Positions 59,600 through 64,000 of a stretch of DNA of 64,000 nucleotides are shown piece after piece (the stretch's first letter is position 1; the number at the start of each line of letters is the position of its first letter). Location of the stretch: the NCBI GenBank assembly GCA_965200245.1, contig CBDATS010000005.1:160001-224000 (forward strand), given 5' to 3'. Made by a program: the position numbers and the translations under genes. This DNA is from a bacterium (GTDB lineage: Bacteria; UBA8248). Under the pieces are notes generated by a model that was not told the DNA's origin, searched no databases, and saw only the letters and a list, made by a program, of their open reading frames with translations.

Positions 59600-60223
59600 T
59601 TAACTATCGGATTCTCTTTTCCTGGGAAACGGGTCCAGATCTTGCAAGTCCACTTTTTGCTCGAGTTCGTCATGGCAAGCGTCACAGCGCGGCTGAGCCG
59701 TAGCCGCCACCATGAACCCTTTCGTCCTGTCGCCGCCTGGTCGATGGCCGTTATGGCACTGTACACATTCCGCCTTGAGCTCCGCGTGATCCGAGATGGC
59801 GTGAAACGCGTCGTCGACCAACTCGAGGAGACGTTCCTCGGAGTGGCACTTCACACAGTCCTTGTCATGTATGGGATGGAAAACGCGCGAGGGCTGTTCA
59901 TAATCACCTATGATGAACTTGTAGAGATCCTTGTTCGCGAGTATCGTCGTGCGAATCATCCCCGCAATGCCCTCTTCCCCGTGACAGGAGATGCATCTCA
60001 CACCGCCCGCGCTCTTGTGCCAGCCACCCAATGTCTTCACCATGGACTTCGCGCGCACCCCATCGTCGAGATAATCCTGGTGATCCTGAAGATGGCAAAC
60101 CGTACAAAAAGGATCATAGGATTCCACGGCACGAATCCCGTACAGGCTGCCGACCCCGAGCAGCGGGGACAGCAGGACGAGCAGAATCAACCACCGCCAC
60201 AGGTGTTTCGGAGAGCTTCTCAT
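59600..60223 (-). CDS. Membrane-anchored pentaheme c-type cytochrome (NapC/NirT-like N-terminus)
   Basis: N-terminal TM helix followed by CTVCH, CISCH, CVKCH, CVQCH and CDACH. Confidence 0.9.
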   Translation of the reverse strand: MRSSPKHLWRWLILLVLLSPLLGVGSLYGIRAVESYDPFCTVCHLQDHQDYLDDGVRAKSMVKTLGGWHKSAGGVRCISCHGEEGIAGMIRTTILANKDLYKFIIGDYEQPSRVFHPIHDKDCVKCHSEERLLELVDDAFHAISDHAELKAECVQCHNGHRPGGDRTKGFMVAATAQPRCDACHDELEQKVDLQDLDPFPRKRESDS

Positions 60224-60356
60224 TCAGGTTCTCCCCGGCTCAAACATGCCGATGTAAATTCCATAATCCGGCAAGCTCAAAACGAATACCAAATCTTTCT
60301 CTTCCTCATTATAGCGCGATTTGCTAGGATAGCTTTCATTATCGGAGGTTGATTCC

Positions 60357-60719
60357 ATGGTCAGAACGAGATTCACAGCCCAAAAACGCCGACCGGGACG
60401 CAGAACCACACCCCGGACACCCACCCCCACTGGCGAAAGCGCCAAAGAGGTCGCCGCGCGCCTGAAGGCAACGGCGCTCGTGGGAAAGAAAGCGCAAGAC
60501 TACAGGCGCAAGTCGCTGGAAATTCACGGCTGGTTCTGTGCGAAATGTGGTCGCGATTTTGATGAAAACAACCTCCACATCCTCACGGTTCACCACCGGG
60601 ACGGCAACCACAAGAACAATCCGCCAGGTGGAAGCAACTGGGAAAACCTGTGCGTGGATTGCCATGTGGACGAGCACTCCCGCGATATGCTGGGCCGCTA
60701 CCTCAGCGACGACGGCTAA
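60357..60719 (+). CDS. yajD: YajD-family HNH nuclease
   Basis: YRRKSLEIHGWFCAKCGRDF...LTVHHRDGNHKNNPPGGSNWENLCVDCHVDEHSR. Confidence 0.85.
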   Translation: MVRTRFTAQKRRPGRRTTPRTPTPTGESAKEVAARLKATALVGKKAQDYRRKSLEIHGWFCAKCGRDFDENNLHILTVHHRDGNHKNNPPGGSNWENLCVDCHVDEHSRDMLGRYLSDDG

Positions 60720-60744
60720 TTTCTGTCTTCGATACGTCATCATC

Positions 60745-62034
60745 ATGATTTTGTCGGTCAGGCCTTCGGCAGCCAAAGGGAAAAGCGGCGTTCCAAGTTC
60801 AAAATCCCACTCTATACGCGCCGTCGCTTTCGCATCTCTCGCTTCGGGAAAAAGCGTGATCCTGAATCCCCTGGATTCTGCGGATGCCCTCTCGGCAGTA
60901 AGCGTATACGGGAGCCTGGGCGCCGAGATACAAAAGGAAGAAACATTCTGGTCGGTAGAGGGCTTCGGTGCACGGCCCAGAGTCCCCGAAGGGACTCTTG
61001 ACGTAGGGAACTCGGGAACCACCTGCCGGATGGCTCTTGGCACCGCCGCCCTGCTCAAGGATGGCGAAGCACGCTTTGACGGCGATTCCCAGACCAGAAA
61101 ACGTCCCATGGGTCCGCTTCTGAACGCGCTCTCGAATCTGGGCGCAAAGACACAATCGGGTAAAGATGGTTATCTGCCCGTAACAGTAGGAGGACCATGG
61201 CGCGGCGGGCGGACGAAAGTCGACGGGACGACCAGCCAATTCACGTCTTCTTTACTTTTAAATGCACCCTTTGGAGAAGAAACGACTGCCATCGAGCCGA
61301 TAGATTTGAATGAACGGCCCTATGTCGAAATGACGCTGTGGTGGCTGGATCGTCTGGGTCTGGAATACGAGCGCGATGAATATCGCAGTTTCACCGTTAC
61401 GGGTGGTCAGGCTCTCTCGGGATTCAACGCAACCGTGCCTGCGGACTGGAGTTCTGCCGCCTTTCTCTTGGCGGCAGGAGCATTGCCGGGAGGCGACGTT
61501 ACACTGGAAGGCCTTGATCTCGACGATTCGCAAGGCGACAAGGAGATTCTGCGGTTCGTCCAGGAAATGGGAGCACGGACCACAATCAGCAGGAAATGCG
61601 TACAAATTCAGTCAGGGGCACTGCGCGGAGGGGAATTCGATCTGAACGCCACGCCCGACCTTTTGCCCGTGATGGCCGTGCTCGGCGCTTTCGCAGACGG
61701 GGAAACAAGACTTGTCAACACGCCCCAGGCCCGCATCAAGGAAACAGACAGAATCTCCGCGATGCGCGAAGTCATCAAGGGTCTCGGCGGCGAAGCGAGA
61801 GAATTGGCGGACGGCATCGTCATCCAGGGTGGTGGGCTGAAAGGCGGAGCCGTACACGGGTTCGGCGACCACCGCATCGTCATGTCTGCAGCTGTGGCAG
61901 GGATCGCCGCGCCGGAAGGAGTATCGGTCGACACAGCGGAGGCGATGGCGGTAACATTCCCTGATTTTTGTGAACGCATGTCATCGTTGGGTGCGGACAT
62001 CGAGGCGAGGGATTCAGCGAATGCCGATCTATGA
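60745..62034 (+). CDS. aroA: 3-phosphoshikimate 1-carboxyvinyltransferase (EPSP synthase)
   Basis: SKSHSIR, GNSGTT, RPMGPL, SQFTSSLL, PYVEMT, DWSSA, RIKETDRI, DHRIVM, TFPDF. Confidence 0.96.
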   Translation: MILSVRPSAAKGKSGVPSSKSHSIRAVAFASLASGKSVILNPLDSADALSAVSVYGSLGAEIQKEETFWSVEGFGARPRVPEGTLDVGNSGTTCRMALGTAALLKDGEARFDGDSQTRKRPMGPLLNALSNLGAKTQSGKDGYLPVTVGGPWRGGRTKVDGTTSQFTSSLLLNAPFGEETTAIEPIDLNERPYVEMTLWWLDRLGLEYERDEYRSFTVTGGQALSGFNATVPADWSSAAFLLAAGALPGGDVTLEGLDLDDSQGDKEILRFVQEMGARTTISRKCVQIQSGALRGGEFDLNATPDLLPVMAVLGAFADGETRLVNTPQARIKETDRISAMREVIKGLGGEARELADGIVIQGGGLKGGAVHGFGDHRIVMSAAVAGIAAPEGVSVDTAEAMAVTFPDFCERMSSLGADIEARDSANADL

Positions 62035-62353
62035 ATACGAATGCAAGGAGTGCGGTTTTATTTCCGGCCATCTCGTGATGAAGCCATCAGACCGCAGAAG
62101 TCTCACCTGCCGTGCCTGCGGGAACAAGAAGCTGAGAAAAGTAATGTCGCGTTTCTCCGCGCATCAAACCGAATCCCAGCGGCTTGAATCATTCGACCCA
62201 TCGAAACCCCAGGATAGTTCTTTCTACAAAGATGATCGGAACATCGGGCTTTGGGCCCAGAAGCGCGCGCAGCAGTTGGGCGTCGATCTGGGCGATTCCT
62301 TCGGTGAGGTGCTGGAAAAGGGCCGTTCGAAGAAAATTCTGGACAACTTGTGA
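62021..62353 (+). CDS. FmdB-family zinc-ribbon regulatory protein
   Basis: MPIYEYECKECG...CRACG...LRKVMSRF. Confidence 0.88.
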   Translation: MPIYEYECKECGFISGHLVMKPSDRRSLTCRACGNKKLRKVMSRFSAHQTESQRLESFDPSKPQDSSFYKDDRNIGLWAQKRAQQLGVDLGDSFGEVLEKGRSKKILDNL

Positions 62354-62378
62354 GGTAAGCTTGAACCCAAAAACGAAG

Positions 62379-63041
62379 ATGAGTGAATCGCTGCGCAGGG
62401 AAGCTGCGCCGCTTTGGGAAAAAATTCATGCTCATCCCTTCGTCCGCGGCATCGGAGACGGAACGCTGCCGCTTGAGCAGTTCCGCTTTTACATGTGCCA
62501 GGACTACATTTTCCTGCAGGAATACAGCCGCGTCATCGCCCTGGCTGTAGCGAAAGCCCCCGAACTGGCGGAAATGGGCCGTATTGCCGACCTGTTGAAC
62601 GCCACCCTGAACACCGAGATGGAACTCCACCGGGGTTTTGCGTCGAAATTCGGCATCTCGACTGATGAAATCGAGGCGACGAGGCCTGCTCCGGTTTGCA
62701 AGGGATACACCAGTTTTCTGCTTGAAGCGGCCTACTCGGGCACGTTCGGGGAAATTGCCGCCGCCATGCTCCCCTGCCAGTGGGATTACGCCACCATCGG
62801 TGAGTTGCTCGCAGCCAGGGGGATTCCCGAAAATGCGCCGCTCCACGCCGAGTGGATAGAGACCTACGCCTCGGAAGAGTTTGCGCAGCTGGCTCGCTGG
62901 CTTCGCGAAATGTTCGATGAGGCCGCATCGACGGCAGGTACTGCCGAACACAGGCGCATGCGCTCGCTCTTTCTTATGGGTACAAGATACGAATACCTCT
63001 TCTGGGATATGAGCTGGAAGATGGAGGAGTGGCCCCTGTAA
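62379..63041 (+). CDS. tenA: Thiaminase II / aminopyrimidine aminohydrolase
   Basis: HPFV..IGDGTL..FRFYMCQDYIFL, catalytic LPCQWDY, WIETY, YEYLFWDM. Alternative TTG start at 62361. Confidence 0.93.
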   Translation: MSESLRREAAPLWEKIHAHPFVRGIGDGTLPLEQFRFYMCQDYIFLQEYSRVIALAVAKAPELAEMGRIADLLNATLNTEMELHRGFASKFGISTDEIEATRPAPVCKGYTSFLLEAAYSGTFGEIAAAMLPCQWDYATIGELLAARGIPENAPLHAEWIETYASEEFAQLARWLREMFDEAASTAGTAEHRRMRSLFLMGTRYEYLFWDMSWKMEEWPL

Positions 63042-63070
63042 CCCACAAGTCCCACCTGTCGAGATAATAT

Positions 63071-63613
63071 ATGTCCCCCAGAACGCGAAAAGAAATTCCG
63101 AATCCGAAAAGATGCACGTGGGCCGAAGGCGACCCACTGATGGAAAAATATCACGACGAGGAATGGGGACTTCCCGTCCGAACGACGCGAAAACATTTCG
63201 AGCAATTGACGCTTGAAATCTTTCAGGCGGGCCTCTCCTGGCGCACGATTCTGCACAAACGCGAGGCGTTCAGAGAGGAATTCGCGGGGTTTTCGCCCGA
63301 AAAAGTCGCTTGTTTCCCCGAAAAAGATATCACGCGTATCCTCGGAAACCCAGGAGTCGTGCGCAACCGCAAGAAAGTCGAGGCCACCATAGAGAACGCC
63401 AAAAGGTTCCTCGCCATCCAGAAAAAATATGGTTCGTTCAACCGTTATCTCTCCTCACTGCCGGACGATCTGCCTTCACTGCAAAGGATTTTCCGCCAGG
63501 AATTCGTCTTCATGGGGCCAAAGATTGCGGAAGCGTATTTGGAGAGCGTGGGCAAGATCCCCGAACCCCACGACCCGCGCTGTTGGCGGGCGAAGAAAAA
63601 TCCGCAAACATAA
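63071..63613 (+). CDS. tag: DNA-3-methyladenine glycosylase I
   Basis: RCTW, YHDEEWG, FEQLTLEIFQAGLSW, NRKKVEATIENA, F.FMGP, HDPRC. Confidence 0.93.
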   Translation: MSPRTRKEIPNPKRCTWAEGDPLMEKYHDEEWGLPVRTTRKHFEQLTLEIFQAGLSWRTILHKREAFREEFAGFSPEKVACFPEKDITRILGNPGVVRNRKKVEATIENAKRFLAIQKKYGSFNRYLSSLPDDLPSLQRIFRQEFVFMGPKIAEAYLESVGKIPEPHDPRCWRAKKNPQT

Positions 63614-63809
63614 TTCATTCCCATCATATGTTTAATTCAAGAAATATCAGTAATTTACCGAGAAAGGAGAATCTGGTCCAGCCGCGAATAACTTGAGAGT
63701 TCTGCTGGCATATTCGGGATACCGACGCGGCAGGAACAAGATTTCATAACACGCCTTCCCCTAAAGATCTAAAGAAATACTCTCCCACCAACGTGACTAC
63801 AGCCCGAAA

Positions 63810-64000
63810 CTATCCCTGCCCACTCAGTTCATCCAGCTTGCTTTCGAGCCTGTCGATGACCTCGGCGGCGTCGGCGGCAGCGTTGTAGTCCTGCGCCAGG
63901 TCGCCGTCGCCGCAGGGGCTTTTCACGACGAAGAACACGGACTTCTCGCCGATGGTGCGACCGCCGTGGCGTGTATTCCGGGGGATATGGACGATGTCGC
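63810..64000 (-). CDS. Cupin-domain protein (3' part only)
   Basis: Manual translation: ...DIVHIPRNTRHGGRTIGEKSVFFVVKSP...ELSGQG*, which carries cupin motif 2. Confidence 0.7.
   Translation of the reverse strand, partial: DIVHIPRNTRHGGRTIGEKSVFFVVKSPCGDGDLAQDYNAAADAAEVIDRLESKLDELSGQG

Noticed and set aside
60650-60664. CVDCH in the YajD-like ORF as a heme-binding motif next to the cytochrome gene
   Set aside because: It is the second Zn-binding pair of an HNH domain (CAKC...HH...N...CVDCH) in a protein with no export signal.
62340-62380. TPP riboswitch upstream of tenA
   Set aside because: There is essentially no intergenic space and no TPP aptamer consensus.
1-64000. CRISPR arrays, rRNA/tRNA genes, IS elements, integrases or prophage genes
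   Set aside because: No regularly spaced repeats, RNA gene signatures, or transposase/integrase/phage motifs were recognised by eye. Short or divergent elements could have been missed.

Overview
GC-rich bacterial chromosomal window dominated by solute uptake and heterotrophic catabolism genes. It holds a BMP-family ABC transporter, TAXI and DctPQM TRAP transporters, three EamA and two TauE exporters, cyclase-fdrA-ylbE, citrate/methylcitrate synthase-aconitase-prpF, tandem MBL hydrolases, tandem acyl-CoA synthetases, amidohydrolases, an LLM oxidoreductase, a P450 and a pentaheme cytochrome c, and ends in a yajD-aroA-FmdB-tenA-tag run. Two defence hotspots stand out. The first (about 1-2.3 kb) is an eroded type I R-M operon with an embedded HEPN-MNT pair (toxin carries a nonsense codon) and an XRE-ImmA/IrrE peptidase. 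The second (47.7-54.6 kb) is a type I R-M operon with an uncharacterised small PD-(D/E)XK nuclease-like gene coupled between hsdS and hsdM. The best candidates for an undescribed system are that R-M-embedded nuclease and the cyclase-FdrA-YlbE module, which lacks AllH and carbamate kinase and is paired with a divergent BMP transporter. Several single-base lesions (homopolymer frameshifts, changes in CCWGG context) may be long-read sequencing errors. No rRNA, tRNA, CRISPR array, integrase or transposase was recognised. All family calls come from motif recognition by eye, without database searches.
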